From NCBI GenBank assembly GCA_038087875.1, contig CM075994.1, forward strand, positions 1,738,001 through 1,802,000: a DNA stretch of 64,000 nucleotides. Direction: 5' to 3'. The notes beneath the pieces were generated by a model. The model was not told where the DNA came from, did not search any database, and saw nothing but the letters and a program-made list of their open reading frames with translations. The position numbers and the translations under genes are program-made. Below, piece after piece: positions 25,100-36,264 of this stretch (position 1 is its first letter; each line of letters begins with the position of its first letter). The stretch is from Malacoraja senta. Taxonomy: Eukaryota.

Positions 25100-26060
25100 T
25101 ACACCACACCGGTCTGACGGCGCTCACCGGCCTCCCACCAACATCCCCTACCCCTCCCTCCAGCCCGGCCCTCACCCGCCTGCAACTCCCCGGCCCGCAA
25201 AACCCCGGCCCGAGATCCCACCCAACCCGCACCCTCCCTAACCCCTACCGGCCGGCCCTGTCCGCAGCCCCTTGGCCCGGCCGGGAAAGAAGCCGGACCT
25301 TCCCGCCCTACGTTACATGGTGCTGCGGCCCCGGGCCCACGCCAGGTGACAGGTTACCCGCCAGGGCTCCGGGCGCAGCACGTCCCCTCCTCCAGCGCCG
25401 GGACTCGCCTGGCCCAGAGGCCGGACCACGCTGCAACCCTCCGGACAGTGGCCCGGGGCTGCAGGCCGGGCACGCGGCCTAGCACTGCGCCCTGACACGC
25501 CTCGAGTTTCGCGCTGTTACACCCCCCACCCACCCCGACCCCCCTAAGCCATTCCTCCCCCATTCTTCCTCTCTCAGCCCTGGCCGCGGCTCCGGGGATG
25601 AGCGGGACGCCGGCAGAGACGCTGACCTGGCTCCGGGCGTGCGGCCGCGATGCCCACTCGGCCCCCCTCCACTGGCGCTGAGCTCCACAAAATGGCGGCT
25701 GCAGTGCGCGGCTCCCGCAGCCCCCGCGCTCCGCCGCTGCCCCGCACGCGCTCGTTCGCCCCGCCTCGCCTCGCGGGGTCTCCAGGCCTGGCCCGCACGG
25801 ACATCATCCCGCCTCGCCATTGGTCAGCGACCGCGGCCCATCCTCATCCTAGCGATCTGATTGGCTACGACGCATGCGTGGTCCCGCCCCACCCTACTCT
25901 GCGTGAGCTAATTGGCTGACTCAGACCCTGCCCCGCCCCCGCGCGGTCCCACCCACACACTGCTCTGCGTGAGGTGATTGGTGGAGGCTCGGGCCTCCTC
26001 ATGCCAATCATCTCCAGCTCTGCGGGCTCAACTCTGGTCCCACCCACGCCGATGGAGCTT
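25100..26060 (-). promoter_or_regulatory. SYNCRIP CpG-island promoter and non-coding first exon region
   Basis: CpG-rich. YY1-type CAAAATGGCGGC at 25688-25699; CCAAT boxes at 25819, 25860, 25911, 25977 and 26004; GC boxes; candidate exon-1 donor CAG|GTCAG at 25627/25626. Confidence 0.75.
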
Positions 26061-26249
26061 CCCACCAGCTGTTAACTCTGTACACCTCAGCCAGTCGCAC
26101 ATCTGCATCTTCCCGGGATGCAGATGTGCGACAGCAACGTTAACCTCAAACCTGTAGTCCCCTACCATTGGTAAGACTCTGCAAATACCCTCTATTCCCT
26201 TCATGATCTTCAAATGTTTATTTTACATTTCATATATCTCATTTTTGTG

Positions 26250-26970
26250 TCTGTCTAGCATTTGCAGGTCCTCCCTCGCCACCTCCAACGGGATCCCACC
26301 ACTGGCCACATCTTCCTATCTCCTCCCCTTTCGGCTTTCCGCAGAGACCGCTCCCTGGTCAATTATTTCCTTCCCACCCAAACCACCCCCTCCCCTGGTA
26401 CTTTCCCTTGCAACCGCATGAAATGCTACACTTGTTGCTTTCCCCCCTCGACTCCATCCAAGGACCCAAGCAGTCTTTCCAGGTGAGGCAGAGGTTCACC
26501 TGCACCTCCTCCAACCTTATCTATTGCATACGCTGCTCTTGGTGTCAACTGCTGTACATCGGTGAGACCAAGCGCAGGCTTGGCGATCGCTTTGCCCAAC
26601 ATCTCCACACAGTTCGCATTAACCAACCTGATCTCCCGGTGGCTCAGCACTTCAACTCCCCCTCCCATTCCAAATCCAACCTTTGTCCTGGGCCTCCTCC
26701 ATGGGCAGAGTGAGTCCTACCACAAATTGGAGCACCTCATATTTAGCTTGGGTAGTTTACACCCCAGCAGTATGAACATTGACTTCTCCAATTTCAGGTA
26801 GTCCTTGCTTTCTCTCCCCCTTCCCACCTTTCCCACAGCCTGTCTCACCCTCTTCCTCGCGCACCCCCACATCAGTCTGAAGAAGGGTCTCGACCCGAAA
26901 CGTCACCTATTCCTTCACTCCATAGATGCTGCCTCACCCGCTGAGTTTCTCCAGATTTTTGTCTACCTTC
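26250..26970 (+). mobile_element. Penelope-like element 3' fragment (GIY-YIG endonuclease)
   Basis: FTCTSSNLIYCIRCSWCQLLYIGETKRRLGDRFAQH...PVAQHFN is a PLE-type GIY-YIG, followed by a hammerhead-like motif. Confidence 0.88.
26874..26907 (+). ncRNA. Minimal hammerhead ribozyme motif (Penelope-associated)
   Basis: AGT-CTGAAGA-A-GGGT CTCG ACCC-GAAA-CG-TC-ACC: CUGANGA core, stem II, GAAA and a UH site. Confidence 0.6.
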
Positions 26971-29900
26971 CACATCTTCTAAGATCTCCACTGAACCTTT
27001 TGCAAGAGGACCCATTTAGCATCAGGCACTCCAATGAACGCCTGCCCAGCCTCTCCTTATAGCTCAGGCCCTCAATTCCTGGCAACATTCTCGTAAATCT
27101 TCTCTGCACTTTCAAACTTAATGTCATTCACTCATCTTGGGCTTTTGCCTCTGGTTGGCTTCCTGCAGGTACAGAAAAAAGTCTGTGCACATTAGTTGTT
27201 GCCTCACAGTGCCAGAGTCCGGGGGTTCAATCCTGGCTAACGGGTTGCAACTGTAGTTTTCTATTCTGTGATGGCATGGGTTTTCTCCGGTTGTTATGGT
27301 TTCCTCCCATATTTCAAAAACATCCAGGTTTGTAGATTATGTTGCAGGAAGGAACTGCAGATGCTGGTTTAAACCGAAGATAGATATAAAATGCTGGAGT
27401 AACTCAGCAGAACAGGCAGCCTATCTGGATAGAAGGAATGGGTGACGTTTCAGGTCAAGACCCATCGTCAGTCTGAGTTACTCCAGCATTTTGTGTCTAT
27501 CTCAGGCTTTTGTACATTAATTGAGCTTCTGTAAATTACTTCTCGTGTGTAGAATGTAAAACTGGGTCTAATATAGGTTTACAGATGACCATAGGTCAGC
27601 GTAGACTCGGTGGGCCAAAGGGCCTGTTTTCACGTTGTATCTCTAAACAAAAACTAATCACGCTCAGATGATCATCACCAGTTAACCACGCAATACTCTG
27701 AACCCCAAAACAGGTCGAGGTCGGAATTGAATCTGGGTCGCTGGACCTGTGAGGTAGCAGCTCTTCCCACTGCACACTGTGCCAACCTATAGCTGACCAA
27801 GCAGAGCTTGAGATCCCAAGAAAATATGGATAGTTGAAAACAGCAACATGCCATCTCAGATCAGGAATCTTCTTCAAACTCGACTCTATCTTCAGATTCT
27901 ATATATTTCCCTAATTGTATTTGAACTAGGCTTGGTTGTATGTATACGATCAGCCCTCACCCTCCTGCACTCCAAGAAATAAAGGACCCTTCATACTAAA
28001 AGTATTCCCATGGTCCATTTTCAAACAAATGAATAGTTAAAAAACAAGTTCATGTATCCCATTTAATCTTGTTCTTAAGACAACTTAAAGGCCACGAACA
28101 GCTTTATTTCAGCTATTTTAATTGTAATTTAATATTTATCATCATTTAGTTTATTTAAACCTCTTCAGATCATAGAAAGCAACATGTCTGCAATTTCATA
28201 TTTTATTGTCACACATCTGAAAAAGAAAGCAATTCAAGTTGCACAGCCTTGAATAGCTGGCATATGCCAACTTGCATCAGTTTGAAGTAGCATTAATTTA
28301 GCCTACCACTTGGTAATGTCAGCTGCAATGCACAGACCCAGTGCTCCCACAGCCCAGTTGCCAACCTGCCTTTGCTATTACACATAATTTGCACCAAGCC
28401 ACTGGAATTTGTATCAGAACCCACATATAAGACAGGACAGAGTAGATGCAGAATCAAATACACAGGACAAGATGTTAAGAAGTCCCTTGTGCCAATAGGT
28501 GGGGAGCATTTCACGACATTCGTTGATTGTTGAGTGGTAGACGCTCAACATCGGGGGGGGGGGGGGGGGGGGTAACCTTCAGGACAGTTGGGCACAGGAC
28601 ACATCACAGTGTCCTTTACCCAGAGTCAAGAACTATAGGGCATAAGTTTAAGTTGAGTGGGGAAAGATTTAATAGGAATCCAAGGGGTAACTTTTCCACA
28701 GCGGATGGTGGGTATATGGAACAAGCTCTCAGGGGAGGTAGTTGAGGAAAGTACTATAAAATTAAAAAAGACATTTATGAGTAGCTTAGATGGGACATCT
28801 TGGTCGGTATGGGCAGATTGGGTCAAAGGACCCATTTCCATGCTGTATGGCTCTTGACACTGCAAGGCTGGCTTCCGCCATGGTAGCGTGAATGCGCTTT
28901 GGATTACAGGTAACTGGATCAGGTATGCCATCTAGGGTGGGAATCAGCACCCTCTCCAATACAGTGCAGCCTTAATCCACCCCAATGGACAGGAGCCTAG
29001 AGTGAAAATAAGCCTAACCAGCAAGACAAAGATCGATTTAGATCTGCAGTCTTCACAAGATTTGAGGTAATGTCACTGATACAGTGGCCACAACGGGATA
29101 TTATTTCCTCCACCTGTCACGTAAAACAGTATCAAAAGACAAAGTGCTGGAGTAACTCAGGGGGTCAGGCAGCAGCTCTGGAGAACGTGGATAGATGATG
29201 TCGGCACCCTTCTTCAGACTTACTCGTGGCTGTAGCAGAAGCCTTCCATTCAATCCAGCTACACCGCTGAAAGCAAAAAAACAAGTAATTTTAGAGGTAA
29301 TGATAAGTAGCTATAAGCAATTAAGCACAAGCAACTTCACACACCGTGCACAAACTAGAGGCCGGGTTTTAATATTTAGTTGCTTACCTTCAGGTGCGGC
29401 TGACAGTGCGTTGTGGTGGGGAAGTAATCACTTCTGGAGGACCGACATCTCGCTGACGTCCTCTCAGCTATCTCACCCCAGTAGGGACACCAACTAGCTT
29501 CTGGCAAGAGCTTGGACCTCGCAATGGCCTGAAAAAGTTAGGACACAATTTAAGAATAGATTATGAAACGGGGGTCAGTCATTTAAGCATGCAGATGGAA
29601 TTCGGGATGGTCACCCAAGTAACCAGTCCACTAAATAAACTGTCTTAAAATAAATCTTGACCCTCGCTAGCACACAAAATTGTAAAATTGCACCAAAAAA
29701 ACTGCCTAAATTAGTGCAGTAGTAGCAGCGCCTTGCAGGAGAGAACCCTACACTTTTTCCACCAACTAGATGGCGGCAAAGCTAGGCGACCCTTTGCGTG
29801 CTGGTCCCAGAAGTAGATCTATCATTCATTACAAACTGGACGTCTCTATCTCTTCCCCCCCCCCCCCCCCCCCAGAGGTCACTCCCATCTGCCTGCATGT

Positions 29901-30050
29901 CTCTGTATTCAACTGATGATTCAACAATCCATGCCACCTTCCAAGAACTGGCAACACCCACGGTGACAAAAAGTCACCGACACCTAGGAGAAGCAGAGCG
30001 TTGTTAGATCAGTTCACAGCAAGACCACACTACATCAGGTATTTGGTCAA

Positions 30051-30118
30051 ATCTCAGAAGTCAGATCCGTGTGGGTTTTCATCAGACTGTCAGGTTTGGG
30101 ATATTTGTCATCATTGAT
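30051..30118 (-). ncRNA. SNORD50: Box C/D snoRNA SNORD50 (U50), copy 3
   Basis: C box ATGATGA, guide TATCCCAAAC + D' CTGA, C' TGATGA, guide ACGGATCTGACTT + D CTGA, ATC/GAT terminal stem. Matches recalled human U50 guides. About 67 nt from the 3' splice site. Confidence 0.9.
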
Positions 30119-31416
30119 AAGACCAAGAACCGAGAGAAGAGCAGACAAGCCAGTGTCCATACAAGCACATCCTCCGTAAACTAAAGAGCTCACTCCAACC
30201 TCCTCACATCAAAGATACCTACGGTTGCTTGGAGCAGAGATGTGCCCCTGGGTTTCTATTGGAAAAGCAGCAAGTATGGGATTGATCTATGTTCTTCTAA
30301 TTTAACACATTTCATTGGAGCTCATGATGTGGCCACTACGTTGGAAGAGGTCCCATATTGGGAAAACACCTCCATGAGCATCAGCTTCCAGCCACCTTCA
30401 GAATAATTCATCATCCCAAGGAGAGACATTTAATGTTTCAACAAAACCCAGCACAACGGATCTCATCTCATCTCCTGACACAGGACTCGTAAATTCAACC
30501 ATTTGCAGATAAACAACCTTCAGAGCTTGCTGAAATGGCCAGTTTAATTAAAAAAATCTGGACACAATAAACGGCAGATGTTGGTTTACAAAAGGGCGGG
30601 TCAAGCAGCACCTCTGGAGAACAGGGATAGGTAAGCTCCCTCCTACTACAACCAGACTGAGAGTTCTGGCCCAAAATGCCACCTAATGAAAAGGCCAGGT
30701 TTTATTTCCTCCTGTCCTGGTCTGGTCTTCCCCAGCATTTTACTCCAGAAACAGGCAGTTCTAGCATCGCCTTCTCTTGTTTTTCTCACTTCAGATTTAC
30801 ACTTCCAGATAGTTTAGTCCAAAAATCCCAATCCCATTGATCTTTTTTTCCCAGCGATCTAGTTTAAAACATTGCTACAACGGAACTGCAGATGCTGGAT
30901 TATAACAAAAGACAAAGTGCAAGAGTAACTCGGCAGGTCAGGCAGCATCTGTAGAGGACATGGATAGGTGACATTCACATCTGCTGAGATGATATTTTGG
31001 GTTGGGTCCCTTCTGCAGACTGATTGTAGTAGGGGGGGGGACTATCTGAAGAAATGTCACCTATCCATGCCCTCCACAGATGCTGCCTCCTCCAGGAATG
31101 CTGTTGACCTGCACAATCACTGCAACACTGTCTTCAGTTCAAAACGTTTTGATTCCTAATTATTCCTAGCTCAAACAAATCATCACCAATTGAAACGTCA
31201 ACCATTCCTCTCCTGTCAGACATTGTAAACCCCTTGCCGAGTAATTCCGACATTTTCTACTTTGTGTAAAACAATTACCTGCACACATTGAAAATCACCA
31301 AACTTCACAGCTATCCATCGTAGAGGACGGGGAAATCGGGTTCACCGACACCTAGGAGAAGCAGTGTTGTTAGATCAGTTCACAGCCAGACCACACTACA
31401 TCAGGCACTTGGTCAA

Positions 31417-31480
31417 ATCTCAGTAGTCAGATCCGTGTGGTTTTTCATCAGTCAAGTTCAGGATATTTGTCATCATTGAT
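31417..31480 (-). ncRNA. SNORD50: Box C/D snoRNA SNORD50 (U50), copy 2
   Basis: ATGATGA, TATCCTGAAC + TTGA (variant D'), TGATGA, ACGGATCTGACTA + CTGA. About 65 nt from the 3' splice site. Confidence 0.88.
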
Positions 31481-32336
31481 AAGACCAAGAACAGAGAGAA
31501 GAGCAATTGATACAAGCACACTCCAACGACAACCAACAAACTCATTACAACCTCCACACTGCATTATCCCAAACACACATTTCTCTGGCACTCAAGGGCT
31601 CCAAGTTCATCGCAGAAGAGCTCAACTAGGAAAAGGAGGTGGACACAAGGAGACATAGACACTGGAATCATGATTAAAAGTGTTGGGAGTATTTCAGCAG
31701 GTCAGGCATCATGTACAGAGGATGGACAGGCAACAGGTTTCAGGTCATGAAGACACAAAATGCTCACTTAACTCAGTGGTACAGGCAGCATCTCTGGAGA
31801 GAAGGAATGGGTGATGTTTCCAGTCAAGATATTCTTCAGACTGAAGAAGTCCAGTCTGAGGAAGGGTCTCAACCCAAAACGTCACCCACTCCTTCTCTCC
31901 AGAGATGTTGCCTGTCCCGTTGAGTAACTGCCTACCTTTGGTTTGAACCAGAATCTGCAGTTCCTTCCTACACATTTCAGGTCATGACCCTTCTTCAGAA
32001 AGGAATGTGACATGGGCAAGAAGTTACTGCAAACAACTGGGGAAGAATTTCGGTATAGCCCCAGAATAAAAGGACTACCTTTATAAAGGAGCCAAGGAGG
32101 ATTTATTTTGTTCCTAAAGGGCAGTGAATCTGTGGAATTCATTGCCAGACAGATCATTGGGTATTTTTAAAGCAAATTGACAGGTTCTTGGTTAGTAAGG
32201 GTGTCAAAGTTTATGGGGAGAAGACAGAATGCAGTTGAGAGGGATAGATCAGTATTGATTGAATGGCAGAGTAGACAAAATGGGCCGAATGGCCTAATTC
32301 TGCTGCTATGACGAATTTCCAGCATTTTATATTCTA

Positions 32337-33210
32337 CTAGAGCAAGTCCAGACCCGTTGGATCTTCTCCCCAACGCATGATTCCACCACTCACCCGTTCC
32401 CCCAACGCAACCTTTTTTTCCCCCCAACGCAATATTGCACTACTCACACATAGCCCCCAAATGCGCAGGTGCATCTCATTTCTCCTCATCCCCCAGCACT
32501 CCCTCCTCCACCTCTTCAATCCCTAGAGGGAGGAGGGGGGGGGGCAGAGGGTAGAGTGGGAGCGACGTGGCAACTACCCTACCTACCCCCCCCTTCATTT
32601 CCCTCATCCTCCTCCCCTCACTCCCATTCCCTGCCCCAGCACCTACCCAGGTCATAGAGCAGCGCCAGGGCCTAGAACTCGTACTCGGCCTGGCTGTAGA
32701 CTGCAGCCGTCAGCTTGGCCGCCGCCTGGGCTCCAGTCCAGGCCCCGACTTCATCTCCGGGCTCGTCCCTGACACCGAACCCAGGCTTGTGATTGGTTCC
32801 AGCGGCGGCTTCTTTCTCGGCCCGTCACATCCCAAGCCCCGGGCTCGACCCTCACTACAACTCCAGCACCACCCTCCTCACCAGATGTCGGCAGCCGCTG
32901 CTACTCCTCGTTCACCGTGAGCGCTGGAGTGCCCCTCCCTCCCGGAGTGTCCCGTCCTGCCTTGCAAGTGCATTGTGACGTCACTCAGGTTTTCCCCCCG
33001 AAATTTACTATTTTTAAGACTTTAAACAATTAATAACTTGGGAAATATAGGTGGAAATGCGACGGGAAGATGTTTATCGCCTCCACGGGAAAAATGTGTG
33101 TAGGATGTATGAAAATGGGAAGGCTGTGGCCTAGCGTTTGGAAGAAAATAGGAATTAACCAGATTGACACACAGACACAAATAAGACAAAGACTTTTAGT
33201 ATGATAGAGA
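32337..33210 (-). mobile_element. Non-autonomous Helitron-like element
   Basis: Minus strand begins A|TC and ends CTAG|T, with a GATCC-AAC-GGGTC hairpin about 10 nt before the CTAG. No TSD. Confidence 0.6.
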
Positions 33211-33356
33211 TGTAATATAGTTACCTGCACCCATTATCAAAATACCAAACATCCGAGACATCTACGTTTGGAATCAGGTTCACCGGTGCCTAAGGGAAGC
33301 AGAATGCTGTTAGATAATTTCACAACAATGAGACAACACATGAGACACCTGGTCAA

Positions 33357-33425
33357 ATCTCAGCAGTCAGATCCGTGTGTTTTTTTCATCAGACCTTCAG
33401 GTTCGGAATATTTGTCATCATTGAT
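33357..33425 (-). ncRNA. SNORD50: Box C/D snoRNA SNORD50 (U50), copy 1
   Basis: ATGATGA, TATTCCGAAC + CTGA, TGATGA, ACGGATCTGACTG + CTGA. About 67 nt from the 3' splice site. Confidence 0.9.
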
Positions 33426-34761
33426 AAGACAAGAAATCCAGTGAAAATCAAACAAGCCAGCATCAATGCAAGCATACCGTCCGAAGATAACAAATAACAG
33501 GCATACCTCAACCTCCTTAACTAGTTGTTCAAAGCTACCGGCATTTCCCGAGTGCTGAATTATTTTGAGATCGTTTAGTTTAGAAATACAGCGTAAAAAC
33601 AGGCCCTTCAGCCTATTGAGTCCACGCCGACCATGCATTACACTAATGTCCCATTCCCCACACAAGAGGCAATTTACAGAGGCCGATTAACCTACAAACC
33701 CACACGTCTTCGGGAGGAAACACCCAGAGGAATCCCACACGGTCATAGGGAGCACATACACCCGAGGTCAGGATCGAACCAGTTCTCTGGCACTGAATGA
33801 GCTATCAGAAAAGCATTAGATATGGGATTGATCTGTGGTCTTCCAATTTAGGCAGACACAGGCCACTACTCTCCAAAGCAGAGACATACTATTAACGAAA
33901 GCAAGGTTGCTTGAACATTCAAATGGCACCAAGTGAGAAGCACACAATTAACAAGGAGTAAAGGTGTTAGGTCTGGCCTACCACATCCTCCAGGAGGTGC
34001 CCCGGGGAATAGATGACAGCTGGAGGGCAAAGTAGCCTGGGCTCTCCTGGATCAGGAACCGCTCTTAAGAACTAGCGCAGACTGGACTTTAAAAATTGCG
34101 CCAAAACATGATGCCTCATGCATGCGGGCTCGGTGACTGTACATTTTTGTACACTTTGCTAATCGGGGTTGGAATGGCAATACTCTATTCGACTGTTTGT
34201 AAGGAAAATAATTAACTGTGCTGCAGTGAACACCAAGCAATTACCTCTACAAATAACGATGAATACAAATTAGAAACTCGTCGCTTTTAGGATTGAATGA
34301 ACAATTAATAGATAGGCCTAGATAGAATGGATGGGGAGGACGTTTCCACTAGCGGGAGAGTCTAGGACCAGAGGCGTACCTTCAGAAAGGAGAGATGTAG
34401 CTCTGGTCAGACGGTGGTGAATCTGCGAAATTCTTTGCCAGACGACTGTGGAGGTCAAGTCCTTGGGCATTATTAAGGCGGAGATTGACAGATTCTTGAT
34501 TAGTACGGGTGCCTGGAGAATGGGGTTGAGCGGGAAAGATAGATCGGCCATGATTGAAAACTTGATGGGCCGAATGGCCTGATTCTGCTCTTACAACTCA
34601 TGAACTGTGCGTTTGCACCATGTGACAATAAAAATATCATTAAACCGGCCACCGCTGCCCACCCTCGGCCCGACGCCACTGTTCTGTTCCCAGGCGCACA
34701 AACCCCCGGGGCCGGCGGCTGATGCACTTACCGGAGCTGGGGGAGTGCAACAGGCCGACGA

Positions 34762-34929
34762 CGAGACCCAGGGCTCCGCTCCCATCTCCGGCCGGCGAGG
34801 CCCCAGGCTCCGCTCCCATCTCCGGCCGGCGAGGCCCCAGGCTCCGCTCCCACCTGCGGCCGGCGAGGCCCCAGGCCCCGCTCCCACCTCCGGCCGGCGA
34901 GACCCCAGGCTCCGCTCCCACCTGCGGCC
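34762..34929. repeat. GC-rich 34-bp minisatellite, about 5 copies
   Basis: Unit CCCCAGGCTCCGCTCCCAYCTSCGGCCGGCGAGR recurs at 34767, 34801, 34835, 34869 and 34903. Confidence 0.92.
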
Positions 34930-34963
34930 CGGGAGGCTCCGCTTCTTCTCCCGCCGACATCCC

Positions 34964-35020
34964 GAAAAGAGCGCGCCGCTCGTCCTCCCGCTTTATATAG
35001 TGGCGCCAGGCGTGACGTCA
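34964..35020 (-). promoter_or_regulatory. TATA box, 5'TOP/TCT initiator and CRE of the snoRNA host gene
   Basis: TATATAAA at 34999-34992; CTCTTTTC starting 28 nt downstream at 34971; TGACGTCA at 35013-35020. Confidence 0.82.
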
Positions 35021-35849
35021 CAGTGAGCGATGCGCCCTGAGGAGAGACGCCGGGTCCTGCCGTCGCATTGTGCACTCAGTCAGTGAATGGATGAAAGATC
35101 TAGCGACAGAAGGAACTCCAGGCGCTGGAATCTTCCAATGATAAACCAATCCCAAAACTAGCCGCACTGGTTCCCAGCAGCGGTATCCCTGGAGAAGGTG
35201 CTTGGGAATAACTGTGCCCGCATCCTCATGGGATTCTGCATCCATGGGCTGGTTGCAAGGAGACAGGGAGAGGGAATAATTACTGGGGTCCATGATAGAC
35301 ACAAGTGCTGCAGCAACTCAGTGGGTCAGGCAGCATCTCTGAAGAAAAGGAACGGGTCACGTTTCGGAACACTTCAGATGGAGCCCATGGTTCATTCTCA
35401 TTGTATCATAGAGCGATACTGCATGGAAACAGGCCCTTCGTTCCGACTTGCCCATGCCGACCAGGTTGCCTTATCTACGTTGGTCCCACCCTGCCTGCGT
35501 TTGGCCCATTTCCCTCTATCCTATCCATGTACCTGTCCAAATGTCTTTTAAATGTTGTTATAGTACCTGCCTCAACTACCTCCTCTGGCAGCTTGTTCCA
35601 TCCACCCACTGCCCTCTGTACCCCTCTGGTTCCTATTAAAAATGTTCCCCTCTCACCTTGTTCTGTGAGAGAATATGTATTCCCCAAATTTGTACACTAA
35701 GGAACAACGTTGGATATAGGGGGGTTGCACGGAAGGTCAAACGGCGTGACACACGGAGTAGCTCAATCCTTCTGGAGTACAAGGCAGCTTCTGCCATACA
35801 CTAGTAACACTCGAAACACGTACGTTCTTACCTGTTAAAAAACGCCAAA

Positions 35850-35905
35850 ATGGTCCATTTTTGTGCTGTAACAAATTGCGGAAATAGGGGTAACCATGAG
35901 AGAAA
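35850..35905 (+). mobile_element. THAP-domain N-terminal remnant of a DNA transposon
   Basis: MVHFCAVTNCGNRGNHE resembles the M-x3-C-x4-C start of THAP zinc fingers. The ORF dies shortly after. Confidence 0.4.
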
Positions 35906-36264
35906 ACCGGCAAAATCACTGCTGCTCACTGACTTGTGAAAGAGCAGCATGCCGGTGGATTGAGGGCAAGTCCCGGCCCACGACCGCCCAGGGCTGGAGG
36001 GTGTCTGAGCACTCTGAACCCGAGCACCAAGGTGCAAGCGGCGGAAGGAACGCATCCCTCGGGACAGCCCCCACTCTCCCCCTGGGGTCAGCGCTGTCCA
36101 GCCACGGCCGCCCTCCGCCCGTGTGACGGGCTGTGGGTTGGCAGCGCCCATTCACCCACCCCCCCGACCCCCACCACCACACGGGGTGATTCAACCCCTG
36201 ACTCACACATGGGGTGATTCACTCCCCCGACCCCCGGACCCCCACCACCACAAGGGGTGATTCA

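Larger units (their letters stand above)
28090..34971 (-). ncRNA. SNHG5: SNHG5-like non-coding snoRNA host gene (3' end uncertain)
   Basis: TATA plus 5'TOP start. Short exons with no long ORF (34732-34971, 33225-33289, 31279-31351, acceptor at 29983, 29387-29528). Three intronic SNORD50 copies; AATAAA at 28103-28108; upstream of SYNCRIP as in human. Confidence 0.75.

Noticed and set aside
25313..26065. Multiple Arg/Gly/Pro-rich ORFs
   Set aside because: Expected artefacts of the SYNCRIP CpG island; no recognisable protein.
28313..28450. Possible H/ACA snoRNA (TGCA start, AAATTA hinge, ACA near the end) in the host gene
   Set aside because: Hairpins pair poorly and ACA spacing is atypical; it needs a snoGPS or Infernal test.
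34762..34929. 34-bp repeats of CRISPR-like length
   Set aside because: Head-to-tail with no spacers, in vertebrate DNA; a minisatellite.
35737..35832. Phase-compatible minus-strand frame GKNVRVSSVTSVWQKLPCTPEGLSY, faintly like the transcobalamin beta-domain end
   Set aside because: Similarity is too short and weak. The segment abuts a THAP-like transposon remnant and lies beyond the stop and poly(A) signal.
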